Shown: in pieces, positions 1 to 13,186 of the stretch
Layout: each line of letters opens with the position of its first letter
Position numbering within the stretch: position 1 is the first letter of the stretch
Source of the DNA: the human T2T-CHM13v2.0 reference genome, Homo sapiens
Direction: 5' to 3' (one strand)
Assembly: GCF_009914755.1 (NCBI RefSeq)
Contig: NC_060943.1
Length of the DNA stretch: 64,000 nt
Program-made: the position numbers and the translations under genes
The notes under the pieces: generated by a model
What the model saw: the letters and a program-made list of their open reading frames with translations, nothing else
The model's database searches: none
What the model was told of the DNA's origin: nothing

Positions 1-907
1 TTGGAAAACCTCTTTTTGTAGAATCTGCAAGTGGATATTTGGACCACTTTGAGGCCTTCATAGGAAACAGTACTATCTTCACATAAAAACTAGGTAGAAG
101 CATTCTCAGAAACTTCTTTGTGATGTGTGAATTCAACTCACAGAGTTGAACCTTCCTTTAATAGAGCAGTTTTGAAACACTCTTTTTGTAGAATCTGCAA
201 GTAGATATTTGGAGCGCTTAGAGGCCTTCGTTGGAAACCGGAATATCTTCACATAGAAAGTAGATAGAGGCATTCTCAGAAACTTTTTTGTGATATGTAG
301 ATTCAACTCACAGCGCTGAACCTTTCTTTTGATAGAGCAGTTTTGAAAAACTCTTTTATCGAATCTGCAAGTAGACATTTGGAGTGCTTTGAGGGCTGTG
401 GTCGAAAAGGAAATATCTTCACATAGAAACTAGACTGAAGCATTCTCAGCAACTTCTTTGTGACGTTTGCATTCATCTCACAGTGTTGAACATACCTTTT
501 CATAGAGCAGTTTTGAAACACTATTTTTGTAGTATCTGCAAGTGGATATTTGGACTGCTTTGAGGCCTTCATTGGAAACGGGAATATCTTCACATAAACA
601 CTAGACAGAAGCATTCTCTGAAACTTCTTTGTGATGTGTGTATTCAACTCACAGAGTTGAACCATCTTTTTTATGGAGCGGTTTTGAAACAGTGTTTTTG
701 TAGAATCAGCAAGTGGATATTGGGAGCGCTTTGAGGCCTCTGGTGGAAAGGGAATGTCTTCACATAAAAACTGGACAAAAGCATTCTCAGAAACATCTTT
801 GTGATGTTTGCATTCAACTCACAGAGTTGATCCTTCCTTTTAATAGGGCAGTTTTGCAACACTCTTTTTGTAGAATGCACCAGTGGGCTTTTGGAGCACG
901 TCAAGGG

Positions 908-924
908 CTATGGTGAAAAAGGAA
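908..924 (+). other. pJ-alpha (A-type) box, monomer 5 (representative; recurs in most 17-mer units)
   Basis: CTATGGTGAAAAAGGAA at the box position of the monomer. Confidence 0.7.
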
Positions 925-1465
925 ATATCTTCACATAAAAACTAGACAGAAGTATTCTCTAAAACTCCTTTGTGATGTTTGCATTCAACTCAGAAAGTTG
1001 AACTTCTCTTTATATAGTCCAGTTTTCAAACACTATTTTTGTAGAATCTGCAAGTGGATACTGGGACTGCTTTGAGGCCTTCGTTGGAAACAGGATTATC
1101 TTCTCATAAAAACTAGACTGAAGGATTCTTAGAAACTTCTTTGTGATGTGTGCATTCAACTCACCGAGTGGAACCTCACTTTTGATAGAGCAGTGTTGAA
1201 AGACACTTGTTGTAGAATCTGCAGGTGGATATTTGGAGTGCTTTGAAGCCTTCCTTGGAAACGGGAATATCTTCACATAAAAACTAGACATAAGCATTCT
1301 CAGAAACTCCTTTGTGATCTGTCCATTCAGCTCACAGAGTTGAACCTTCCTTTTGATAGAGAAGTTTTGAAACACTCTTTCTGTAGAGTCTGCAAGTGGA
1401 TATCTGGAGCGCTTTGAGGCCTATGGTAGAAAAAGAAATATCTGCATATAAAAACTAGACAGAAG

Positions 1466-1636
1466 CATTCTGAGAAACTTCTTTGTGATGTTTGCATTCA
1501 ACTACCAGAGTTGAACCTTCCTTTTGATAGAGCAGTTTTGAAACACTCTTTGTGTAGAATCTGCATGTGGATATCAGGAGCGCTTTGAGGCCTATGGCAG
1601 AAAAAGAAATATCTGGCTCTAAAAACTAGACAGAAG
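1466..1636 (+). repeat. Extra hybrid monomer (m9 5' / m8 3') making an 18-mer HOR variant
   Basis: 'cattctgagaaac...ctaccagag' occurs twice in tandem (1466 and 1637). The first copy ends with the m8-type 'atcaggagc...ggcagaaaaagaaatatctggctct'. Confidence 0.9.
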
Positions 1637-4600
1637 CATTCTGAGAAACTTCTTTGTGATGTTTGCATTCAACTACCAGAGTTGAACCTTCCTTTTGATA
1701 GAGCAGTTTTGAAACACTCTTTGTGTAGAATCTGCATGTGGATATCTGGAGCGATTTGAGGCCTATGGTCAAAAAGGAAATATCTTCCTATGAAAAACAG
1801 ACAAAAGCATTCTCAGAAACTACTTTGAGATATGTGCATTCAACTCACAGAGTTGAAACTTTTTTTTGATAGAGCAGTTTTGAAACACTCTGTAGAATCT
1901 GAAAGTGGATATTTGGAGCTATTTGAGGGCTATGGTGGAAAGGAAAATATATTCCCATTAAACTAGACAGAAGCATCCTCAGAAACTTCTTTATGATGTT
2001 TGCATTAAACTCACAGAGTTGAACATACCTTTCCATAGAGCAGTTTTGAAACACTCTTTTTGGGGAATCCGCAAGTGGATATTTGGACCGCTTTGAGACC
2101 TTTGCTGGAAATGGGAATATCTTCACATATAAAGTAGACAGAATCATTCTCGGAAACTTCTTCCTGATGTGTGCATTCTGCTCCCAAATTTGAACCTTCT
2201 TCTTCATAAAGCAGTTTTGAAACACTCTTTTGTACAATCTACCATTGGATATGTGGAAGGCTTTGATGCCCATGGTAGAAAAGGATACATCCTCATATAA
2301 AATCTAGACAGAAGGATTCACAGAAACTGCTGTGTGATGTGTGCATCCAAATCACGGAGTTGAACTTTTCTTTTGTTAGAGCAGTTTTGAAACCCTGTTT
2401 CCGTGGAATCTGCCAGTGGACATTTGGAGCGCATTGAGGGCTATGGTGGAGAAGGAAATATCTTCACATAAAAACTAGAAAGAAGCATTCTCAGAAACAT
2501 CTATGTGAAGTGTGCATTCAACTCACAGAGTTGAACCTTCCTTTTGATAGAAGAGTTTTGAAACACTCTTTTGTACAATTGCAGGTGAATATTTGGAGCG
2601 CTTTGAAGCCTTTGTTGGAAATGGGAATATCCTCACATAAAAACTAGCCAGAAGCATTCTCAGAAACTTCTTTGTGATGTGTGCATTGAACCCAGAGAGA
2701 TGAACCGTTCCTTTGAGAGAGCAGTTTTGAAACGTGTTTTTGTAAGATCTGCAAGTGGATATTTGGGGCGCTTTGAGTCCTTAGGTGGAAACGGGAATAT
2801 CTTCGAATAAAAACTAGACAGAATTATTCTCAGAATCTTCTTTGTGATGTGGGCATTCAACTAACACAGTTGAACATTTCTTTTGACAGAGCAGTTCTGA
2901 AACACTCTTTTTGTAGAATCCGCCAGTGGATATTTGGAGCGCTTTGAGGGCTATTGTGCAAATGGAAATATCTTCACCTAAAAACTAGACCGAAGCAATC
3001 CCAGAAACTACTTTGTGATGTTTGCATTCAACTCACAGAGTTGAACCTACCTCTTCATAGAGCAGTTTGGAAAACCTCTTTTTGTAGAATCTGCAAGTGG
3101 ATATTTGGACCACTTTGAGGCCTTCATAGGAAACAGTACTATCTTCACATAAAAACTAGGTAGAAGCATTCTCAGAAACTTCTTTGTGATGTGTGAATTC
3201 AACTCACAGAGTTGAACCTTCCTTTAATAGAGCAGTTTTGAAACACTCTTTTTGTAGAATCTGCAAGTAGATATTTGGAGCGCTTAGAGGCCTTCGTTGG
3301 AAACCGGAATATCTTCACATAGAAAGTAGATAGAGGCATTCTCAGAAACTTTTTTGTGATATGTAGATTCAACTCACAGCGCTGAACCTTTCTTTTGATA
3401 GAGCAGTTTTGAAAAACTCTTTTATCGAATCTGCAAGTAGACATTTGGAGTGCTTTGAGGGCTGTGGTCGAAAAGGAAATATCTTCACATAGAAACTAGA
3501 CTGAAGCATTCTCAGCAACTTCTTTGTGACGTTTGCATTCATCTCACAGTGTTGAACATACCTTTTCATAGAGCAGTTTTGAAACACTATTTTTGTAGTA
3601 TCTGCAAGTGGATATTTGGACTGCTTTGAGGCCTTCATTGGAAACGGGAATATCTTCACATAAACACTAGACAGAAGCATTCTCTGAAACTTCTTTGTGA
3701 TGTGTGTATTCAACTCACAGAGTTGAACCATCTTTTTTATGGAGCGGTTTTGAAACAGTGTTTTTGTAGAATCAGCAAGTGGATATTGGGAGCGCTTTGA
3801 GGCCTCTGGTGGAAAGGGAATGTCTTCACATAAAAACTGGACAAAAGCATTCTCAGAAACATCTTTGTGATGTTTGCATTCAACTCACAGAGTTGATCCT
3901 TCCTTTTAATAGGGCAGTTTTGCAACACTCTTTTTGTAGAATGCACCAGTGGGCTTTTGGAGCACGTCAAGGGCTATGGTGAAAAAGGAAATATCTTCAC
4001 ATAAAAACTAGACAGAAGTATTCTCTAAAACTCCTTTGTGATGTTTGCATTCAACTCAGAAAGTTGAACTTCTCTTTATATAGTCCAGTTTTCAAACACT
4101 ATTTTTGTAGAATCTGCAAGTGGATACTGGGACTGCTTTGAGGCCTTCGTTGGAAACAGGATTATCTTCTCATAAAAACTAGACTGAAGGATTCTTAGAA
4201 ACTTCTTTGTGATGTGTGCATTCAACTCACCGAGTGGAACCTCACTTTTGATAGAGCAGTGTTGAAAGACACTTGTTGTAGAATCTGCAGGTGGATATTT
4301 GGAGTGCTTTGAAGCCTTCCTTGGAAACGGGAATATCTTCACATAAAAACTAGACATAAGCATTCTCAGAAACTCCTTTGTGATCTGTCCATTCAGCTCA
4401 CAGAGTTGAACCTTCCTTTTGATAGAGCAGTTTTGAAACACTCTTTCTGTAGAGTCTGCAAGTGGATATCAGGAGCGCTTTGAGGCCTATGGTAGAAAAA
4501 GAAATATCTGCATATAAAAACTAGACAGAAGCATTCTGAGAAACTTCTTTGTGATGTTTGCATTCAACTACCAGAGTTGAACCTTCCTTTTGATAGAGCA

Positions 4601-7040
4601 GTTTTGAAACACTCTTTGTGTAGAATCTGCATGTGGATATCTGGAGCGATTTGAGGCCTATGGTCAAAAAGGAAATATCTTCCTATGAAAAACAGACAAA
4701 AGCATTCTCAGAAACTACTTTGAGATATGTGCATTCAACTCACAGAGTTGAAACTTTTTTTTGATAGAGCAGTTTTGAAACACTCTGTAGAATCTGAAAG
4801 TGGATATTTGGAGCTATTTGAGGGCTATGGTGGAAAAGAAAATATATTCCCATTAAACTAGACAGAAGCATCCTCAGAAACTTCTTTATGATGTTTGCAT
4901 TAAACTCACAGAGTTGAACATACCTTTCCATAGAGCAGTTTTGAAACACTCTTTTTGGGGAATCCGCAAGTGGATATTTGGACCGCTTTGAGACCTTTGC
5001 TGGAAATGGGAATATCTTCACATATAAACTAGACAGAAGCATTCTCGAAAACTTCTTCGTGATGTGCGCATTCTGCTCCCAAAGTTGAACCTTCCTTTTC
5101 ATAAAGCAGTTTTGAAACACTCTTTTGTACAATCTACCATTGGATATGTGGAAGGCTTTGATGCCCATGGTAGAAAAGGAAACATCCTCATATAAAATCT
5201 AGACAGAAGGATTCACAGAAACTGCTGTGTGATGTGTGCATCCAAATCACGGAGTTGAACTTCTCTTTTGTTAGAGCACTTTTGAAACCCTGTTTCCGTG
5301 GAATCTGCCAGTGGACATTTGGAGCGCATTGAGGGCTATGGTGGAGAAGGAAATATCTTCACATAAAAACTAGAAAGAAGCATTCTCAGAAACATCTATG
5401 TGAAGTGTGCATTCAACTCACAGAGTTGAACCTTCCTTTTGATAGAAGAGTTTTGAAACACTCTTTTGTACAATTGCAGGTGAATATTTGGAGCGCTTTG
5501 AAGCCTTTGTTGGAAATGGGAATATCCTCACATAAAACCTAGCCAGAAGCATTCTCAGAAACTTCTTTGTGATGTGTGCATTGAACCCAGAGAGATGAAC
5601 CGTTCCTTTGAGAGAGCAGTTTTGAAACGTGTTTTTGTAAGATCTGCAAGTGGATATTTGGGGCGCTTTGAGTCCTTAGGTGGAAACGGGAATATCTTCG
5701 AATAAAAACTAGACAGAATTATTCTCAGAATCTTCTTTGTGATGTGGGCATTCAACTAACACAGTTGAACATTTCTTTTGACAGAGCAGTTCTGAAACAC
5801 TCTTTTTGTAGAATCCGCCAGTGGATATTTGGAGCGCTTTGAGGGCAATTGTGCAAATGGAAATATCTTCACCTAAAAACTAGACCGAAGCAATCCCAGA
5901 AACTACTTTGTGATGTTTGCATTCAACTCACAGAGTTGAACCTACCTCTTCATAGAGCAGTTTGGAAAACCTCTTTTTGTAGAATCTGCAAGTGGATATT
6001 TGGACCACTTTGAGGCCTTCATAGGAAACAGTACTATCTTAACATAAAAACTAGGTAGAAGCATTGTCAGAAAGTTCTTTGTGATGTGTGAATTCAACTC
6101 ACAGAGTTGAACCTTCCTTTAATAGAGCAGTTTTGAAACACTCTTTTTGTAGAATCTGCCAGTAGATATTTGGAGCGCTTTGAGGCCTTCGTTGGAAACC
6201 GGAATATCTTCACATAAAAAGTAGATAGAGGCATTCTCAGAAACTTTTTTGTGATATGTAGATTCAACTCACAGCGCTGAACCTTTCTTTTGATAGAGCA
6301 GTTTTGAAAAACTCTTTTATCGAATCTGCAAGTAGACATTTGGAGTGCTTTGAGGGCTGTGGTCGAAAAGGAAATATCTTCACATAGAAACTAGACTGAA
6401 GCATTCTCAGCAACTTCTTTGTGACGTTTGCATTCATCTCACAGTGTTGAACATACCTTTTCATAGAGCAGTTTTGAAACACTATTTTTGTAGTATCTGC
6501 AAGTGGATATTTGGACTGCTTTGAGGCCTTCATTGGAAACGGGAATATCTTCACATAAACACTAGACAGAAGCATTCTCTGAAACTTCTTTGTGATGTGT
6601 GTATTCAACTCACAGAGTTGAACCATCTTTTTTATGGAGCGGTTTTGAAACAGTGTTTTTTGTAGAATCAGCAATTGGATATTGGGAGCGCTTTGAGGCC
6701 TCTGGTGGAAAGGGAATGTCTTCACATAAAAACTGGACAGAAGCATTCTCAGAAACATCTTTGTGATGTTTGCATTCAACTCACAGAGTTGATCCTTCCT
6801 TTTAATAGGGCAGTTTTGCAACACTCTTTTTGTAGAATGCACCAGTGGGCTTTTGGAACACGTCAAGGGCTATGGTGAAAAAGGAAATATCTTCACATAA
6901 AAACTAGAGAGAAGTATTCTGTAAAACTCCTTTGTGATGTTTGCATTCAACTCAGAAAGTTGAACTTCTCTTTATATAGTCCAGTTTTCAAACACTATTT
7001 TTGTAGAATCTGCAAGTGGATACTGGGACTGCTTTGAGGC

Positions 7041-7057
7041 CTTCGTTGGAAACGGGA
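7041..7057 (+). other. CENP-B box (canonical)
   Basis: CTTCGTTGGAAACGGGA in monomer 6. Confidence 0.92.
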
Positions 7058-7426
7058 TTATCTTCACATAGAAACTAGACTGAAGGATTCTTAGAAACTT
7101 CTTTGTGATGTGTGCATTCAACTCACCGAGTGGAACCTCACTTTTGATAGAGCAGTGTTGAAAGACACTTGTTGTAGAATCTGCAGGTGGATATTTGGAG
7201 TGCTTTGAAGCCTTCCTTGGAAACGGGAATATCTTCACATAAAAACTAGACATAAGCATTCTCAGAAACTCCTTTGTGATCTGTCCATTCAGCTCACAGA
7301 GTTGAACCTTCCTTTTGATAGAGCAGTTTTGAAACACTCTTTCTGTAGTGTCTGCAAGTGGATATCAGGAGCGCTTTGAGGCCTAGGCAGAAAAAGAAAT
7401 ATCTGTATATAAAAACTAGACAGAAG

Positions 7427-7597
7427 CATTCTGAGAAACTTCTTTGTGATGTTTGCATTCAACTACCAGAGTTGAACCTTCCTTTTGATAGAGCAGTTTT
7501 GAAACACTCTTTGTGTAGGATCTGCATGTGGATATCAGGAGCGCTTTGAGGCCTATGGCAGAAAAAGAAATATCTGGCTCTAAAAACTAGACAGAAG
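7427..7597 (+). repeat. Extra hybrid monomer of 18-mer variant (unit 3)
   Basis: Same tandem duplication, with starts at 7427 and 7598. Unit length 3,066 bp. Confidence 0.9.
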
Positions 7598-10105
7598 CAT
7601 TCTGAGAAACTTCTTTGTGATGTTTGCATTCAACTACCAGAGTTGAACCTTCCTTTTGATAGAGCAGTTTTGAAACACTCTTTGTGTAGAATCTGCATGT
7701 GGATATCTGGAGCGATTTGAGGCCTATGGTCAAAAAGGAAATATCTTCCTAGGAAAAACTGACAAAAGCATTCTCAGAAACTACTTTGAGATATGTGCAT
7801 TCAACTCACAGAGTTGAAACTTTTTTTTGATAGAGCAGTTTTGAAACACTCTGTAGAATCTGAAAGTGGATATTTGGAGCTATTTGAGGGCTATGGTGGA
7901 AAAGAAAATATATTCCCATTAAACTAGACAGAAGCATCCTCAGAAACTTCTTTATGATGTTTGCATTAAACTCACAGAGTTGAACATACCTTTCCATAGA
8001 GCAGTTTTGAAACACTGTTTTTGGGGATTCCGCAAGTGGATATTTGGACCGCTTTGAGACCTTTGCTGGAAATGGGAATATCTTCACATATAAACTAGAC
8101 AGAAGCATTCTCGGAAACTTCTTCGTGATGTGTGCATTCTGCTCCCAAAGTTGAACCTTCCTCTTCATAAAGCAGTTTTGAAACACTCTTTTGTACAATC
8201 TACCATTGGATATGTGGAAGGCTTTGATGCCCATGGTAGAAAAGGAAACATCCTCATATAAAATCTAGACAGAAGGATTCACAGAAACTGCTGTGTGATG
8301 TGTGCATCCAAATCACGGAGTTGAACTTTTCTTTTGTTAGAGCAGTTTTGAAACCCTGTTTCCGTGGAATCTGCCAGTGGACATTTGGAGCGCATTGAGG
8401 GCTATGGTGGAGAAGGAAATATCTTCACATAAAAACTAGAAAGAAGCATTCTCAGAAACATCTATGTGAAGTGTGCATTCAACTCACAGAGTTGAACCTT
8501 CCTTTTGATAGAAGAGTTTTGAAACACTCTTTTGTACAATTGCAGGTGAATATTTGGAGCGCTTTGAAGCCTTTGTTGGAAATGGGAATATCCTCACATA
8601 AAAACTAGCCAGAAGCATTCTCAGAAACTTCTTTGTGATGTGTGCATTGAACCCAGAGAGATGAACCGTTCCTTTGAGAGAGCAGTTTTGAAACGTGTTT
8701 TTGTAAGATCTGCAAGTGGATATTAGGGGCGCTTTGAGTCCTTAGGTGGAAACGGGAATATCTTCGAATAAAAACTAGACAGAATTATTCTCAGAATCTT
8801 CTTTGTGATGTGGGCATTCAACTAACACAGTTGAACATTTCTTTTGACAGAGCAGTTCTGAAACACTCTTTTTGTAGAATCCGCCAGTGGATATTTGGAG
8901 CGCTTTGAGGGCTATTGTGCAAATGGAAATATCTTCACCTAAAAACTAGACCGAAGCAATCCCAGAAACTACTTTGTGATGTTTGCATTCAACTCACAGA
9001 GTTGAACCTACCTCTTCATAGAGCAGTTTGGAAAACCTCTTTTTGTAGAATCTGCAAGTGGATATTTGGACCACTTTGAGGCCTTCATAGGAAACAGTAC
9101 TATCTTCACATAAAAACTAGGTAGAAGCATTCTCAGAAACTTCTTTGTGATGGGTGAATTCAACTCACAGTGTTGAACCTTCCTTTAATAGAGCAGTTTT
9201 GAAACACTCTTTTTGTAGAATCTGCCAGTAGATATTTGGAGCGCTTTGAGGCCTTCGTTGGAAACCGGAATATCTTCACATAAAAAGTAGATAGAGGCAT
9301 TCTCAGAAACTTTTTTGTGACATGTAGATTCAACTCACAGCGCTGAACCTTTCTTTTGATAGAGCAGTTTTGAAAAACTATTTTATCGAATCTGCAAGTA
9401 GACATTTGGAGTGCTTTGAGGGCTGTGGTCGAAAAGGAAATATCTTCACATAGAAACTAGACTGAAGCATTCTCAGCAACATCTTTGTGATGTTTGCATT
9501 CATCTCACAGTGTTGAACATACCTTTTCATAGAGCAGTTTTGAAACACTATTTTTGTAGTATCTGCAAGTGGATATTTGGACTGCTTTGAGGCCTTCATT
9601 GGAAACGGGAATATCTTCACATAAACACTAGACAGAAGCATTCTCTGAAACTTCTTTGTGATGTGTGTATTCAACTCACAGAGTTGAACCATCTTTTTTA
9701 TGGAGCGGTTTTGAAACAGTGTTTTTGTAGAATCAGCAATTGGATATTGGGAGCGCTTTGAGGCCTCTGGTGGAAAGGGAATGTCTTCACATAAAAACTG
9801 GACAGAAGCATTCTCAGAAACATCTTTGTGATGTTTCCATTCAACTCACAGAGTTGATCCTTCCTTTTAATAGGGCAGTTTTGCAACACTCTTTTTGTAC
9901 AATGCACCAGTGGGCTTTTGGAGCACGTCAAGGGCTATGGTGAAAAAGGAAATATCTTCACATAAAAACTAGACAGAAGTATTCTGTAAAACTCCTTAGT
10001 GATGTTTGCATTCAACTCAGAAAGTTGAACTTCTCTTTATATAGTCCAGTTTTCAAACACTATTTTTGTAGAATCTGCAAGTGGATACTGGGACTGCTTT
10101 GAGGC

Positions 10106-10122
10106 CTTCGTTGGAAACGGGA
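10106..10122 (+). other. CENP-B box (canonical)
   Basis: CTTCGTTGGAAACGGGA in monomer 6. Confidence 0.92.
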
Positions 10123-10491
10123 TTATCTTCACATAGAAACTAGACTGAAGGATTCTTAGAAACTTCTTTGTGATGTGTGCATTCAACTCACCGAGTGGAA
10201 CCTCACTTTTGATAGAGCAGAGTTGAAAGACACTTGTTGTAGAATCTGCAGGTGGATATTTGGAGTGCTTTGAAGCCTTCCTTGGAAACGGGAATATCTT
10301 CACATAAAAACTAGACATAAGCATTCTCAGAAACTCCTTTGTGATCTGTCCATTCAGCTCACAGAGTTGAACCTTCCTTTTGATAGAGCAGTTTTGAAAC
10401 ACTCTTTCTGTAGAGTCTGCAAGTGGATATCAGGAGCGCTTTGAGGCCTAGGCAGAAAAAGAAATATCTGTATATAAAAACTAGACAGAAG

Positions 10492-10662
10492 CATTCTGAG
10501 AAACTTCTTTGTGATGTTTGCATTCAACTACCAGAGTTGAACCTTCCTTTTGATAGAGCAGTTTTGAAACACTCTTTGTGTAGGATCTGCATGTGGATAT
10601 CAGGAGCGCTTTGAGGCCTATGGCAGAAAAAGAAATATCTGGCTCTAAAAACTAGACAGAAG
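10492..10662 (+). repeat. Extra hybrid monomer of 18-mer variant (unit 4)
   Basis: Same tandem duplication. Unit length 3,065 bp; shares 'cctaggcag', 'ctgtatata' and 'tgtaggatct' with unit 3. Confidence 0.9.
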
Positions 10663-13169
10663 CATTCTGAGAAACTTCTTTGTGATGTTTGCATTCAACT
10701 ACCAGAGTTGAACCTTCCTTTTGATAGAGCAGTTTTGAAACACTCTTTGTGTAGAATCTGCATGTGGATATCTGGAGCGATTTGAGGCCTATGGTCAAAA
10801 AGGAAATATCTTCCTATGAAAAACAGACAAAAGCATTCTCAGAAACTACTTTGAGATATGTGCATTCAACTCACAGAGTTGAAACTTTTTTTTGATAGAG
10901 CAGTTTTGAAACACTCTGTAGAATCTGAAAGTGGATATTTGGAGCTATTTGAGGGCTATGGTGGAAAAGAAAATATATTCCCATTAAACTAGACAGAAGC
11001 ATCCTCAGAAACTTCTTTATGATGTTTGCATTAAACTCACAGAGTTGAACATACCTTTCCATAGAGCAGTTTTGAAACACTCTTTTTGGGGAATCCGCAA
11101 GTGAATATTGGGACCGCTTTGAGACCTTTGCTGGAAATGGGAATATCTTCACATATAAACTAGACAGAAGCATTCTCGGAAACTTCTTCGTGATGTGTGC
11201 ATTCTGCTCCCAAAGTTGAACCTTCCTCTTCATAAAGCAGTTTTGAAACACTCTTTTGTACAATCTACCATTGGATATGTGGAAGGCTTTGATGCCCATG
11301 GTAGAAAAGGATACATCCTCATATAAAATCTAGACAGAAGGATTCACAGAAACTGCTGTGTGATGTGTGCATCCAAATCACGGAGTTGAACTTTTCTTTT
11401 GTTAGAGCAGTTTTGAAACCCTGTTTCCGTGGAATCTGCCAGTGGACATTTGGAGCGCATTGAGGGCTATGGTGGAGAAGGAAATATCTTCACATAAAAA
11501 CTAGAAAGAAGCATTCTCAGAAACATCTATGTGAAGTGTGCATTCAACTCACAGAGTTGAACCTTCCTTTTGATAGAAGAGTTTTGAAACACTCTTTTGT
11601 ACAATTGCAGGTGAATATTTGGAGCGCTTTGAAGCCTTTGTTGGAAATGGGAATATCCTCACATAAAAACTAGCCAGAATCATTCTCAGAAACTTCTTTG
11701 TGATGTGTGCATTGAACCCAGAGAGATGAACCGTTCCTTTGAGAGAGCAGTATTGAAACGTGTTTTTGTAAGATCTGCAAGTGGATATTTGGGGCGCTTT
11801 GAGTCCTTAGGTGGAAACGGGAATATCTTCGAATAAAATCTAGACAGAATTATTCTCAGAATCTTCTTTGTGATGTGGGCATTCAACTAACACAGTTGAA
11901 CATTTCTTTTGACAGAGCAGTTCTGAAACACTCTTTTTGTAGAATCCGCCAGTGGATATTTGGAGCGCTTGGAGGGCTATTGTGCAAATGGAAATATCTT
12001 CACCTAAAAACTAGACCGAAGCAATCCCAGAAACTACTTTGTGATGTTTGCATTCAACTCACAGAGTTGAACCTACCTCTTCATAGAGCAGTTTGGAAAA
12101 CCTCTTTTTGTAGAATCTGCAAGTGGATATTTGGACCACTTTGAGGCCTTCATAGGAAACAGTACTATCTTCACATAAAAACTAGGTAGAAGCATTCTCA
12201 GAAACTTCTTTGTGATGTGTGAATTCAACTCACAGAGTTGAACCTTCCTTTAATAGAGCAGTTTTGAAACACTCTTTTTGTAGAATCTGCCAGTAGATAT
12301 TTGGAGCGCTTTGAGGCCTTCGTTGGAAACCGGAATATCTTCACATAAAAAGTAGATAGAGGCATTCTCAGAAACTTTTTTGTGATATGTAGATTCAACT
12401 CACAGCGCTGAACCTTTCTTTTGATAGAGCAGTTTTGAAAAACTCTTTTATCGAATCTGCAAGTAGACATTTGGAGTGCTTTGAGGGCTGTGGTCGAAAA
12501 GGAAATATCTTCACATAGAATCTAGACTGAAGCATTCTCAGCAACTTCTTTGTGACGTTTGCATTCATCTCACAGTGTTGAACATACCTTTTCATAGAGC
12601 AGTTTTGAAACACTATTTTTGTAGTATCTGCAAGTGGATATTTGGACTGCTTTGAGGCCTCATTGGAAACGGGAATATCTTCACATAAACACTAGACAGA
12701 AGCATTCTCTGAAACTTCTTTGTGATGTGTGTATTCAACTCACAGAGTTGAACCATCTTTTTTATGGAGCGGTTTTGAAACAGTGTTTTTGTAGAATCAG
12801 CAAGTGGATATTGGGAGCGCTTTGAGGCCTCTGGTGGAAAGGGAATGTCTTCACATAAAAACTGGACAGAAGCATTCTCAGAAACATCTTTGTGATGTTT
12901 GCATTCAACTCACAGAGTTGATCCTTCCTTTTAATAGGGCAGTTTTGCAACACTCTTTTTGTAGAATGCACCAGTGGGCTTTTGGAGCACGTCAAGGGCT
13001 ATGGTGAAAAAGGAAATATCTTCACATAAAAACTAGACAGAAGTATTCTGTAAAACTCCTTTGTGATGTTTGCATTCAGCTCAGAAAGTTGAACTTCTCT
13101 TTATATAGTCCAGTTTTCAAACACTATTTTTGTAGAATCTGCAAGTGGATACTGGGACTGCTTTGAGGC

Positions 13170-13186
13170 CTTCGTTGGAAACGGGA
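13170..13186 (+). other. CENP-B box (canonical)
   Basis: CTTCGTTGGAAACGGGA in monomer 6. Confidence 0.92.

Noticed and set aside
226-242. CENP-B-box-like CTTCGTTGGAAACCGGA in monomer 1 of every 17-mer
   Set aside because: It has CCGG instead of the core CGGG, so it does not match the essential positions.
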